DNA of 64,000 nucleotides. Origin: Corallococcus sp. (lineage in GTDB: Bacteria; Bacillota; Clostridia; Christensenellales; CAG-314). The translations under genes and the position numbers were made by a program. A model generated the notes under the pieces. The model was given only the letters and a program-made list of their open reading frames with translations, made no database searches and was not told where the DNA came from. Numbering within the stretch: position 1 is the first letter of the stretch; each line of letters starts with the position of its first letter. This document shows positions 28,377 to 36,965 of the stretch, one piece after another. The stretch spans positions 21,960-85,959 of the forward strand of contig JAMPAB010000001.1 in NCBI GenBank assembly GCA_023667435.1. Direction: 5' to 3'.

Positions 28377-28922
28377 TTACTTATTGTAAATTTCCTCTTT
28401 CAATACGCATATATCCTGCAACGTACGGTACTTTTCGGCGTAGTCCATACCGTAGCCGACGACAAACACGTCGGGGATTTCATAGCCCAAATACTTTATG
28501 TCGACGTCAACCTTTCTTCTCGACGGTTTGGAAAGCAATGCGGCAATACTTACGCTGTTGGCTTTGCGAGCAAGCAATCTGCGTTTTATATAGGACAAAG
28601 TAATTCCCGTATCTACAATGTCCTCTACCAGCAGCACGTCGCGTCCGACGCAATCGAGATAAACGTCTTTGAGCAACGCCACCATACCCGACGTCGTAGT
28701 GCGTCCGCCGTAACTGGACGCGCAAACGAAATCCACGTCTACGTTCAAGTCGATTTTACGAAGTAAATCGGCGACGAATATCCAGGCGCCTTTAAGTACG
28801 CCGACGATTAAAAGATTTTTTTTCCGATAATCTTCGGTGATTTGCCGCGCCAGTTCCTCTGCGCGCCGCTGAATTTGTTCCGAAGTAAACAGAACCTGTT
28901 TGATATCTTCGTTGTTTTTCAT
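28377..28922 (-). CDS. hpt: Hypoxanthine phosphoribosyltransferase.
   Basis: PRPP-binding motif LLVEDIVDTGITLSY; 181 aa. The classical tilS-hpt gene order is present. Confidence 0.9.
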   Translation of the reverse strand: MKNNEDIKQVLFTSEQIQRRAEELARQITEDYRKKNLLIVGVLKGAWIFVADLLRKIDLNVDVDFVCASSYGGRTTTSGMVALLKDVYLDCVGRDVLLVEDIVDTGITLSYIKRRLLARKANSVSIAALLSKPSRRKVDVDIKYLGYEIPDVFVVGYGMDYAEKYRTLQDICVLKEEIYNK

Positions 28923-28926
28923 TGTT

Positions 28927-30186
28927 TTACCTCTCGACGGATATATAATAAATATTCGAGTCGGCGTCTACGCGCGCCTTGTCGGATATTTCCACGTTGC
29001 AGATAACGAAAATTTCGTCGCCGTCCGCAATCAGAACGAGTCCGCTACGGTCTTTGCACGGAATTTTTTTGTCTATAAGATATTTTTTAAGAGTTTTCTT
29101 TCCTCCGCCGAATTTTTCGAAAACGTCGCCTTGTTTTTTCTGGCGGAACACGGCGCTCGACGGAATTTTATTTAAATCTATCATTAAGGCGTTGTCGCTC
29201 TTTTTACGCGTAACGGTAACGGTTCCTGCGGGAGTCGCCGTAACGCCGACTTTAAAAGGTATTTCGAAATAAGGAACGTCGTCCGACTGTTTTTTTATCG
29301 AGACATAATCGTATTCGTTCGTCGCAACGTAACCGAACGGCAGATTTACCGATTTTCCGCCGCAACCGCGCGCAAGCGAGTACAACGCTTCTATATGAAC
29401 GCGCTCGATATCCTTATATACGCCTAAGTTCCGAAAAACTTTTCTAATCGCTCTGTAAGCTAAGGAACGCGGTTGGAGAAGCAACTTCGACGGAACGCGC
29501 GCGCCGTTTCCGTTGTAAGTTACTTCGGAAACGTCTGCCAAACCGTCCAAAAACTCGTTGTCTTCCGAAACGTTCTCGGCAAACCGCGCTATATTTTTTT
29601 CCGCGTTGGGCGCTATTTCCTTCAGCAACGGCAAAACTTTCTGTCTGATAAAGTTGCGAGTATATTTCGTTTCGTCGTTAGTGCTGTCGTGAACGTACGG
29701 TACGTTATGTTCGTCTGCGTACCGCTCGACTGCATCCCTGTCGAGATTTAAAATCGGTCGCAAATATCTTCCGTTGACTTGTCTTATGCCTTCCGCTCCG
29801 TACGCGCCGCTGCCGCGCAATATGTGCATAAGCACCGTTTCGGCGTTGTCGCCGACGTGATGAGCAAGGCAAACGTAATCGCATTGCAGACCGTCCAAAA
29901 CGCGGTAGCGCAATATCCGCGCCGCTGTTTCTTCGGAAAGTTTGTTTTCTGCGGCAAACGTCGGCACGTCGACGGAAAACGTTTTACATTCTACGCTCAG
30001 TCCTTCGCAATAACTCCGTACGAAATCGCAGTCGGATTGCGCCTCCTTGCGAATGTTATGATTTACCGTAACTACGAAAAAATCGGGGCGCGGCGAAAGA
30101 GCTGCAAACATATGCAGCATAACCATAGAGTCCGCTCCGCCCGAAACCGCTAGCGCGTATTTTTTCGTGAAATCGATTTTTATCAT
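28927..30186 (-). CDS. tilS: tRNA(Ile)-lysidine synthase.
   Basis: PP-loop motif ALAVSGGADSMVMLH, followed by hpt. Confidence 0.9.
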   Translation of the reverse strand: MIKIDFTKKYALAVSGGADSMVMLHMFAALSPRPDFFVVTVNHNIRKEAQSDCDFVRSYCEGLSVECKTFSVDVPTFAAENKLSEETAARILRYRVLDGLQCDYVCLAHHVGDNAETVLMHILRGSGAYGAEGIRQVNGRYLRPILNLDRDAVERYADEHNVPYVHDSTNDETKYTRNFIRQKVLPLLKEIAPNAEKNIARFAENVSEDNEFLDGLADVSEVTYNGNGARVPSKLLLQPRSLAYRAIRKVFRNLGVYKDIERVHIEALYSLARGCGGKSVNLPFGYVATNEYDYVSIKKQSDDVPYFEIPFKVGVTATPAGTVTVTRKKSDNALMIDLNKIPSSAVFRQKKQGDVFEKFGGGKKTLKKYLIDKKIPCKDRSGLVLIADGDEIFVICNVEISDKARVDADSNIYYISVER

Positions 30187-30239
30187 TTTTTACCTGCGTA
30201 TTTATTGCGTAAACGACGCGTTTTTCCTTGTAATGATTT

Positions 30240-31073
30240 TTACAGTAAATTTTCCTTTTCTATGCGTTTGTACAGCTCTACGAACTTTTCTGCCGACAGT
30301 TCTTCTCCGCGACAGTTTGTCGAAAGTCCGCAATCGGCAAGCAGTTTTTCCGCAGCAGAGCGACTTATACCGAAACCGACCGTGAGATTGTTTACCAACG
30401 TTTTACGTCTCATGGCGAACGCCGACTTAACCGTTTTGCGGAATAACGCGCGATTTTCTATATCGAATTTAGTCCTGTTCATATCTATACGCACTACCGC
30501 GCTGTCTACGTTCGGTTGAGGATAGAACAACTCGCGGGGCAAAACTCGCATCAAAGTAACGTCCGCAACGGCGTTGACGGCGACGGTAATCGCCCCGTAA
30601 TCCTTTGTGGAAGGCGAAGCGCACAGTCTCTCGGCAACCTCTTTTTGAATGGTCAACGTCATAGATTGCACTTTGTCGCTCTGCTCGACGAACATCATAA
30701 TAAGCGGCGTAGTAAGATAATAGGGAATGTTGGCGACTACCGTAAAAACGCCGCCGCAAAGCGATTCGATTTCGGAGATTTTGTAACGCATAATATCTCC
30801 TATTACCACTTTTACGTTGTCGAATTCGGAAAGAGTAACTTGTAATACTTTTTCGAGATTTCGATCGATTTCGAAAGCTATGACGCTGTCGGCATTGACC
30901 GCCAACTCGCGCGTCAACGTACCCGCGCCCGCGCCGATTTCCAAAACGGTACCGCCGCGTATATCCGCGTCTTTTACAATATCCGAAAGCAGTTCCTTGT
31001 CGGTAAGAAAATTCTGTCCGAATTGCTTATTGAATTTAAAATCGGCGTCTTTGAGAATTTGTTTTACGTCCAT
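30240..31073 (-). CDS. rsmA: 16S rRNA (adenine1518/1519-N6)-dimethyltransferase.
   Basis: N-terminal FNKQFGQNFLTD and the SAM motif VLEIGAGAGTLT. Confidence 0.9.
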   Translation of the reverse strand: MDVKQILKDADFKFNKQFGQNFLTDKELLSDIVKDADIRGGTVLEIGAGAGTLTRELAVNADSVIAFEIDRNLEKVLQVTLSEFDNVKVVIGDIMRYKISEIESLCGGVFTVVANIPYYLTTPLIMMFVEQSDKVQSMTLTIQKEVAERLCASPSTKDYGAITVAVNAVADVTLMRVLPRELFYPQPNVDSAVVRIDMNRTKFDIENRALFRKTVKSAFAMRRKTLVNNLTVGFGISRSAAEKLLADCGLSTNCRGEELSAEKFVELYKRIEKENLL

Positions 31074-31074
31074 A

Positions 31075-32280
31075 TCAAGCTACCTTAAAGTAAATTTGCT
31101 TCAACTCGTTCGAATTCATCAGTTTCGGCACGGGATAAAGCGGATTGGCTTCCTTCGCGGCGTGCTTTGCCAACGAATCGAAATCCTCCTCTTTTATTTG
31201 TCCTTCGAAAGCGCTGCTTATCGACAAATCCCCGTTCATCTTGTCAATCGCGCAAATAAACTTATTTGCCGCGACCGAAACTTTATCGTTTTTGTCCGCT
31301 ATGCCGCTTACGTAAGCTAACTTTGCAAGTTTTTTATGCGCGGACTTGCCGTAAGCCTTTAAAACTTCGGGGAGAAGCACCGCGTTAGCGTAACCGTGCG
31401 CAATGCCGTAAGTACCTCCCAACGCGTGCGCCAAAGCGTGCACGTACCCTACGTACGCTCGGGTGAAAGCGAGACCCGCAAGATACGCCGCTTTTTGCAT
31501 ATTCATTCGCGCGTCCGTGTTAGAACCGTTAAACGTAGCTTCGCGCAAATTGCCGAAAATAAGTTTTACCGCTTCTTCCGCCTGACGTTTAGTCGAACGC
31601 GTATTTCCTCGTCCTATGTACGCTTCTACCGCGTGAGTAAGAGCGTCCATACCCGTAGTTGCGGTTAAATGCGGCAGAAGCGACGAAGTTAGCAGCGGAT
31701 CGAGTACCGCGTAATGCGGAATAAGCGAAAAATCGTTAATCGCGTATTTATCGTGAGTTTCTCCGTCGGTGATAACTGCGGCAACTGTACATTCGCTGCC
31801 TGTACCCGCAGTCGTAGGAACGGCAAACAACGGAGGAAGCTTTTTGCCGACTTTAAGCAGTCCTTTCATTTTGTTGACGGACTTCTTTGGACGGACGACG
31901 CGCGCGCCTATCGCCTTTGCGCAATCCATAGCGGAACCTCCGCCGAAAGCAAGTATTCCGTCGCAGTTGTTCCGTTTGTAAACGGCAAGACCTTCTTCCA
32001 CCTGTTGAACGGTGGGGTTGGGAAGAACTCCGTCGTAAACGAAATAGTCGAGTTTACCCTGCGCCCCGTCGAAAAAGGGTTGCAATGCTTTTCTTTCTAG
32101 CGCGGCCTTGTCGCAAACGACAAGCGGACGAAAAACGTTTAAACTGCGCATATAATCCGCAGTATTTTCAAAGGCTCCCTCTCCCTCGAGTAACTTCGGC
32201 TGACGGAAAGGCATGAACGCCATACCGACGTACAGTACGCTTTGATACAGTCTGCAACCTATTTTACCGAATATATTCAT
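31075..32280 (-). CDS. Iron-containing (group III) alcohol dehydrogenase.
   Basis: AFGGGSAMDCAKAI and the His-rich metal-site region HALAHALGGTYGIAHG were read. Confidence 0.85.
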   Translation of the reverse strand: MNIFGKIGCRLYQSVLYVGMAFMPFRQPKLLEGEGAFENTADYMRSLNVFRPLVVCDKAALERKALQPFFDGAQGKLDYFVYDGVLPNPTVQQVEEGLAVYKRNNCDGILAFGGGSAMDCAKAIGARVVRPKKSVNKMKGLLKVGKKLPPLFAVPTTAGTGSECTVAAVITDGETHDKYAINDFSLIPHYAVLDPLLTSSLLPHLTATTGMDALTHAVEAYIGRGNTRSTKRQAEEAVKLIFGNLREATFNGSNTDARMNMQKAAYLAGLAFTRAYVGYVHALAHALGGTYGIAHGYANAVLLPEVLKAYGKSAHKKLAKLAYVSGIADKNDKVSVAANKFICAIDKMNGDLSISSAFEGQIKEEDFDSLAKHAAKEANPLYPVPKLMNSNELKQIYFKVA

Positions 32281-32632
32281 TGTTCTCCCTCTTTGTCGTC
32301 TTCTTCGCTCTCGACCGTTTAGTTGTTCAGTTAAATACGATGAACAAATCGAGGTTGAAATTGCCCGACTTCCATGTATCGTATTTTGCGCTTTCCTTCT
32401 TCCGACAGCTCGGAAAGATTAACCGATGTAATTCGTCGCCGCAGAAAACGTCGGCGGTATGCGCCGAATTGCCTTCTATATCGATTCGATACGAACGCGG
32501 CGACGACGTAAGATAATTTCTTTCGATTGCCCGAATAGACAACTCGCCGCGCATACGTCGTTTATCGACAGTTGATTTAGCGGTACCGCGTTGATAATCA
32601 ATTCCGTTGCGACATTATCTACCGTAAATGAT

Positions 32633-32661
32633 ATTTTAACAAAAAAATTTGTATTTTTCAA
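32633..32661 (-). promoter_or_regulatory. Possible promoter about 345 nt upstream of the Fe-ADH start.
   Basis: On the minus strand: TTGAAA, a 17-nt spacer, TAAAAT. Confidence 0.4.
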
Positions 32662-32785
32662 CAACTTGGACGCATCGCAGTAAATATATAGCGCAAAATT
32701 ACGCGTCATTTGACTGTGTGCGTCATATAACTGCACGCCGAATCGGCAAAAACACGTTTTAGGCGCGCTTTGGACAACTTTATAA

Positions 32786-32819
32786 ATTAAAAAGACCTCA
32801 CTGTTGTTAGTGAAGGTCT
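32786..32819 (-). terminator. Rho-independent terminator of the rpsF-ssb-rpsR operon.
   Basis: On the minus strand: AGACCTTCAC-taacaaca-GTGAGGTCT (one bulge) followed by TTTTTAATTT. Confidence 0.6.
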
Positions 32820-32921
32820 AGTTTGTTATTATTGACGATGTCGGTCTACCGTAAAGTTTCTCCCCGCAGTTAAATTTGTACTGTTTATTAAAAGGAGATC
32901 GTATTTTTACGCCAAAACAGA

Positions 32922-33167
32922 CTAGTCTGCAACGTAAGGAATCAACGCCATTTGACGGGCGCGTTTGATTGCTACTGCAAGTTCTCTTTGATGACGGGCG
33001 CAAACTCCGGTCATACGGCGGGGAAGAATTTTTCCGCTTTCCGTAAGATACTTGCGGAGCTTAGCTATGTCTTTGTAATCGATATACTCGGACTTTTCTA
33101 CGCAGAAGTTGCAAACTTTACGACGAGCAGGTTTTCTCATCGGCTTTTTGATTTCTTTATTTTCCAT
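32922..33167 (-). CDS. rpsR: 30S ribosomal protein S18.
   Basis: RRKVCNFC...IDYKD...[18 protein letters not shown]...[20 protein letters not shown]. Confidence 0.95.
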   Translation of the reverse strand: MENKEIKKPMRKPARRKVCNFCVEKSEYIDYKDIAKLRKYLTESGKILPRRMTGVCARHQRELAVAIKRARQMALIPYVAD

Positions 33168-33186
33168 TATTATATCTCCTTTTTTA

Positions 33187-33594
33187 TCAGAAGGGCATAT
33201 CGTCGTCCACGACTTCCTTCAATTCATCCATTGCCGCATCCTTAGGACGAGACGTAGGCGCCGTTCCCGTTGCTCCGTTGCTGTTCGCGCGAGACAGAAA
33301 TTCCACTTGATCGGCGCGTACTTCGAACGTCTGGCGTTTGATTCCGTCGCGTTCGTAGCTACCCGTTTGTATACTGCCTGTGACTGCGACTTGACTTCCT
33401 TTTACCAAATACTTAACGCAATTCTGCGCCAAGCCGTCCCATGTGACGATATTGATAAAATCCGCCTTATTTTCTCCGTCGCGCGAAAAGTTGCGGTTAA
33501 CCGCGATGGAAAAACGGCAATAAGAGTGTCCCGAATCCAATGTGGACGCAGTGGGATCTTGTGTTAATCTTCCTATTAAAAACGCTTTGTTCAT
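33187..33594 (-). CDS. ssb: Single-stranded DNA-binding protein.
   Basis: The N-terminus [14 protein letters not shown] begins the OB fold, and the acidic tail ends in DDDMPF. Confidence 0.9.
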   Translation of the reverse strand: MNKAFLIGRLTQDPTASTLDSGHSYCRFSIAVNRNFSRDGENKADFINIVTWDGLAQNCVKYLVKGSQVAVTGSIQTGSYERDGIKRQTFEVRADQVEFLSRANSNGATGTAPTSRPKDAAMDELKEVVDDDMPF

Positions 33595-33612
33595 TATTTT
33601 CTCCTTAGTACG

Positions 33613-33894
33613 CTATTTCTTGACAATCATAAAACGAATTACGCTGTCGGTAATACGCATAACGCGTTCCAACTCGTCGGGAAGAGTTGCCGGCGCGGTG
33701 AAGTTGACAAGAACATAGTAACCTTCGGTCTTGTAGTTGATGGGATAGGCGAGTTTTCTCGTTCCCCACTTGTCTACGCCGTCGATTGTTCCGCCGTTAT
33801 CCGTAACGACCGCGTTGAGTTTGTCGATTACCGCGCTTTTAAGCTCGTCCGCTACGTCGTTATTGATAATGTACAACAATTCATAACTGTTCAT
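33613..33894 (-). CDS. rpsF: 30S ribosomal protein S6.
   Basis: YELLYII..., 93 aa, and the conserved rpsF-ssb-rpsR gene order. Confidence 0.9.
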   Translation of the reverse strand: MNSYELLYIINNDVADELKSAVIDKLNAVVTDNGGTIDGVDKWGTRKLAYPINYKTEGYYVLVNFTAPATLPDELERVMRITDSVIRFMIVKK

Positions 33895-33972
33895 AATTTT
33901 TTACCTCCTTATGGTCTGTTAGGCTGTAACGTGGTAATTACAGCAAGGTTGCCCGAATTTTCGAGCGATAAC

Positions 33973-34001
33973 ATTATATATCACGCATTGCAAAATTGCA
34001 A
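33973..34001 (-). promoter_or_regulatory. Promoter of the rpsF operon.
   Basis: On the minus strand: TTGCAA, a 17-nt spacer, TATAAT. An 80-nt leader containing the hairpin CTGTAA...TTACAG follows, then the RBS AAGGAGG. Confidence 0.6.
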
Positions 34002-34023
34002 GCGTTTATAACTAAATTGCGGA

Positions 34024-34815
34024 TTAGTCCTCTTTTAAAGGCACATCGACCTGTATCTCTCCGTCGGTTAAGAAGTTGACGATTTCGCCGATGAGAATAT
34101 TGTCCTTATTCGTCATCAGCATTGCGTGCCCCAAATCCTCGATTAACTTCGTCTCGCATGAGGAGAAATGTTCTTCTATAAACTGAACGGAGCTTTTCGG
34201 CACAAGCTCGTCCAAATTGCCCCACAGCATAAACGTAGGAACACTTACGGGCGCGCTCTTTTCTACGGCGTCGTCGGCGATATTCATAAGCGTGCGGAAC
34301 ACGTTGAAAGTATGCGCGCTGATGTTGGGTAAAATTCTTTTTATCGCCACTTGCGCCGAAAGGTCTATATTCTTTTTGTAAGGCGCAAATCCCGAATAAG
34401 TCTCCGAAATCCGCTCCTTTAACGCTCCTTTCGTTTTACTGAACGTTCCCGTCAGATAACGTAAATAGAATTTTATAGAGGTGACCGCAGAACGTAGGTT
34501 GATATACTTGTTCGAAGGAGAAAGCAACACCGCTTTGTTGACTTGACGCGTGGCGCATATATAACTTGCAAGAGCGCCTCCCATAGAGAAACCTATCACG
34601 TCGACTTTACCGTGTTTTTTCTTCAATCTGTCGAAAGTATGCGTTATTACCGAAACGGTATCTTCTACATTGAACTTTGAAAAATCGACTTCGCCGTTGT
34701 GACCCGGTATCTCGCACTTGACAACCTCGTCGTAGAAATCCAAATAGTCGTACAAACGCCCGAAATCGTTAACGTCGGTTAAAAAACCGTGAATCGTCAT
34801 TGCCGCTCTCGACAT
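34024..34815 (-). CDS. Alpha/beta-fold hydrolase (esterase/lipase type).
   Basis: The nucleophile elbow is GFSMGG. I moved the start to the ATG at 34815 (MSRAAMTIHGF), which is preceded by AAGGTGG. The track's start is a GTG that overlaps ung. Confidence 0.75.
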   Translation of the reverse strand: MSRAAMTIHGFLTDVNDFGRLYDYLDFYDEVVKCEIPGHNGEVDFSKFNVEDTVSVITHTFDRLKKKHGKVDVIGFSMGGALASYICATRQVNKAVLLSPSNKYINLRSAVTSIKFYLRYLTGTFSKTKGALKERISETYSGFAPYKKNIDLSAQVAIKRILPNISAHTFNVFRTLMNIADDAVEKSAPVSVPTFMLWGNLDELVPKSSVQFIEEHFSSCETKLIEDLGHAMLMTNKDNILIGEIVNFLTDGEIQVDVPLKED

Positions 34816-34817
34816 AC

Positions 34818-35480
34818 TTACCACCTTATTTCCCTGTTTTGCAACTTTAAAAATTCGTTGGCTTTACTGAAATGTCCGCATCCGAAAAATCCGCTATACG
34901 CAGACAACGGACTCGGATGCGCCGCCGTCAATACCAGATGCTGAGGGTTGTTTATAAGTTGTTTTTTTGCGTAGGCATTGCGTCCCCACAACATAAACGC
35001 AATTCCGCGCTCCCTCTCGTTGAGATACTTGATAACTTCGTCTGTGAAAATTTCCCAACCTTTATCCTTGTGGGAGTTGGGTTTGCCCTGTTCCACCGTC
35101 AAAACGGTGTTAAGAAGCAACACGCCTTGCCTCGCCCAAGGAGTAAGGTCTCCGCCGACTATTTCCGTCGGACGTCCCAAATCGTCGTTTATTTCTTTGA
35201 AAATATTGACTAAGCTCATCGGCGGCGCCACTCCCTGCGGCACGGAAAAGCTCATACCCATAGCTTGTCCCGGATTATAGTACGGGTCCTGCCCCAGTAT
35301 AACGACGTTAACGTCGTCGTACGCGGTGTTATCGAAAGCGTTAAGCATCAACGATTTGCGCGGATAAACGGTAGTCGCCGCATACCGTTCTACCAAAAAA
35401 GCTTTAAGCTGTACGAAGTACGGTTTCCGAAATTCTCTCAAAAACAACTCGTCCCAACCGTTATAGGTACGCTGCGTCAT
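34818..35480 (-). CDS. ung: Uracil-DNA glycosylase.
   Basis: VVILGQDPYY, GVLLLN and AAHPSPLSA were read. Confidence 0.9.
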   Translation of the reverse strand: MTQRTYNGWDELFLREFRKPYFVQLKAFLVERYAATTVYPRKSLMLNAFDNTAYDDVNVVILGQDPYYNPGQAMGMSFSVPQGVAPPMSLVNIFKEINDDLGRPTEIVGGDLTPWARQGVLLLNTVLTVEQGKPNSHKDKGWEIFTDEVIKYLNERERGIAFMLWGRNAYAKKQLINNPQHLVLTAAHPSPLSAYSGFFGCGHFSKANEFLKLQNREIRW

Positions 35481-35483
35481 ACG

Positions 35484-35945
35484 CTATTCCTCTATTCTTT
35501 TAATCAATATCGCTCCCGATACGGGACACACGGTGTCGCGATCCGTCAAAACAAGCTCGTCTCCGTCGGAATATTCCTTGACAAGTCCGTTGACGCGAAC
35601 ATTGAATTTGCCGCTGTTCTTTTCCGCGCTTTCGAGTTTGTATCTTCCCTCGCGTATTTTGCCGTCGATTCCCACCGACTGCATAACGTTACGCGGTATT
35701 ACGATATAACCGCGTTCGTTTACTTCCAAATACACTTGTTCTTCTTCCGCCGAATCCTCGACGGACTGCGGCGTAACCTTCTTCTCTTCGCCGTTATTCT
35801 CTCCGCTGTTTTTAACCGCTTTCGCATGACGCGCCGTCATAATAATCTTAACAAGCAGCGCGATTACCGCCAACACTACGGCAACGATCGCCACCCACAT
35901 CAACGCTGTTTTATTTATGACGCTTCCGTCCATGAATGACAACAT
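35484..35945 (-). CDS. Membrane-anchored protein of unknown function.
   Basis: A single N-terminal TM segment (ALMWVAIVAVVLAVIALLV), an acidic linker and a small beta-rich C-terminal domain. Its stop lies 3 nt before the ung start. Confidence 0.5.
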   Translation of the reverse strand: MLSFMDGSVINKTALMWVAIVAVVLAVIALLVKIIMTARHAKAVKNSGENNGEEKKVTPQSVEDSAEEEQVYLEVNERGYIVIPRNVMQSVGIDGKIREGRYKLESAEKNSGKFNVRVNGLVKEYSDGDELVLTDRDTVCPVSGAILIKRIEE

Positions 35946-35957
35946 AATAATATCCTC

Positions 35958-36965
35958 CTATAATAACGAAAACACGTATTGCGTACGGGAATGATGCTTT
36001 TCTCCCTTTTTAAGAACGGGGCTTGCAAACTCGGGATTGTTGATCGCATTGGGATAGAACTGCGTTTCCAAACAGAACCCGCTATGCTTTCCGTATACCG
36101 ATCTGCCCTCCTGACCTTTAAGAAAATTACCCGTATAGAACTGCATACCGCAGCAATCGGTAAACACATCCATGCAGACGCCCGTCTTCGTAGAATACGC
36201 GGTGGCTGCGTGGTTGTCATCCAAACAGAAATTGTGATCGTAACCTCCCGCAAGCGTCAACTGCTCGTTTACCGCGTTTATATCCTGCCCTATCGCCTTT
36301 GCAACGGTAAAATCGAACGGCGTATCCTTTACGGGACGCTTGACGGTGGGAATAAGATTTTCGTCCGTTTCCAAATAATTATCCGCATTTATCTGGATAA
36401 AATTATCCAAAATGCTTCCGTCGCTCTCGCCGTTGAGATTGAAATAGATATGGCTTGTCGGGTTGAAAACGGTATCCTTATCGCTCTCGCCGTAATACTC
36501 TATGGCAAGAGAACTGCCTTTAACGGTATATCTTACCGCCATTTTCAAATTTCCCGGATATCCTTCGTCGCCGTCGGGACTGTCTAACTCCATAAGCAGA
36601 CTGTCGCCGTCTATCGTTGCCTTGAACAGCTTTCTGTTAAATCCGACGTTGCCGCCGTGAAGGTGCGCTTTTCCGCCGTCGTTCAATGCCAGCTTATACG
36701 TCGTATCGTTAAGCGTAAAGCATCCGTTTGCGATGCGGTTTGCGCAACGCCCCACTATAGCGCCCATATAGTCGCCCTTTTCCACCATTTCTTCGGGGCT
36801 GGTCATACTCAATACGACGTCCGCCTTCTTACCCGACGCCGAAGGAACGGAAACGGACATAACCGTCGCGCCCAAAGTACACACCAGTACGTCTATCTTG
36901 TCCGACAAAAGATACACGTACACGTCTTGATCCTTATATTTGTCAAAAAATTGATACGTTATCAT
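35958..36965 (-). CDS. galM: Aldose 1-epimerase (mutarotase).
   Basis: The family pattern is present: GRCANRI...F.L, HLHGG, the YPG motif and FCLETQ. The start overlaps the GH3 gene stop by 4 nt. Confidence 0.8.
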   Translation of the reverse strand: MITYQFFDKYKDQDVYVYLLSDKIDVLVCTLGATVMSVSVPSASGKKADVVLSMTSPEEMVEKGDYMGAIVGRCANRIANGCFTLNDTTYKLALNDGGKAHLHGGNVGFNRKLFKATIDGDSLLMELDSPDGDEGYPGNLKMAVRYTVKGSSLAIEYYGESDKDTVFNPTSHIYFNLNGESDGSILDNFIQINADNYLETDENLIPTVKRPVKDTPFDFTVAKAIGQDINAVNEQLTLAGGYDHNFCLDDNHAATAYSTKTGVCMDVFTDCCGMQFYTGNFLKGQEGRSVYGKHSGFCLETQFYPNAINNPEFASPVLKKGEKHHSRTQYVFSLL

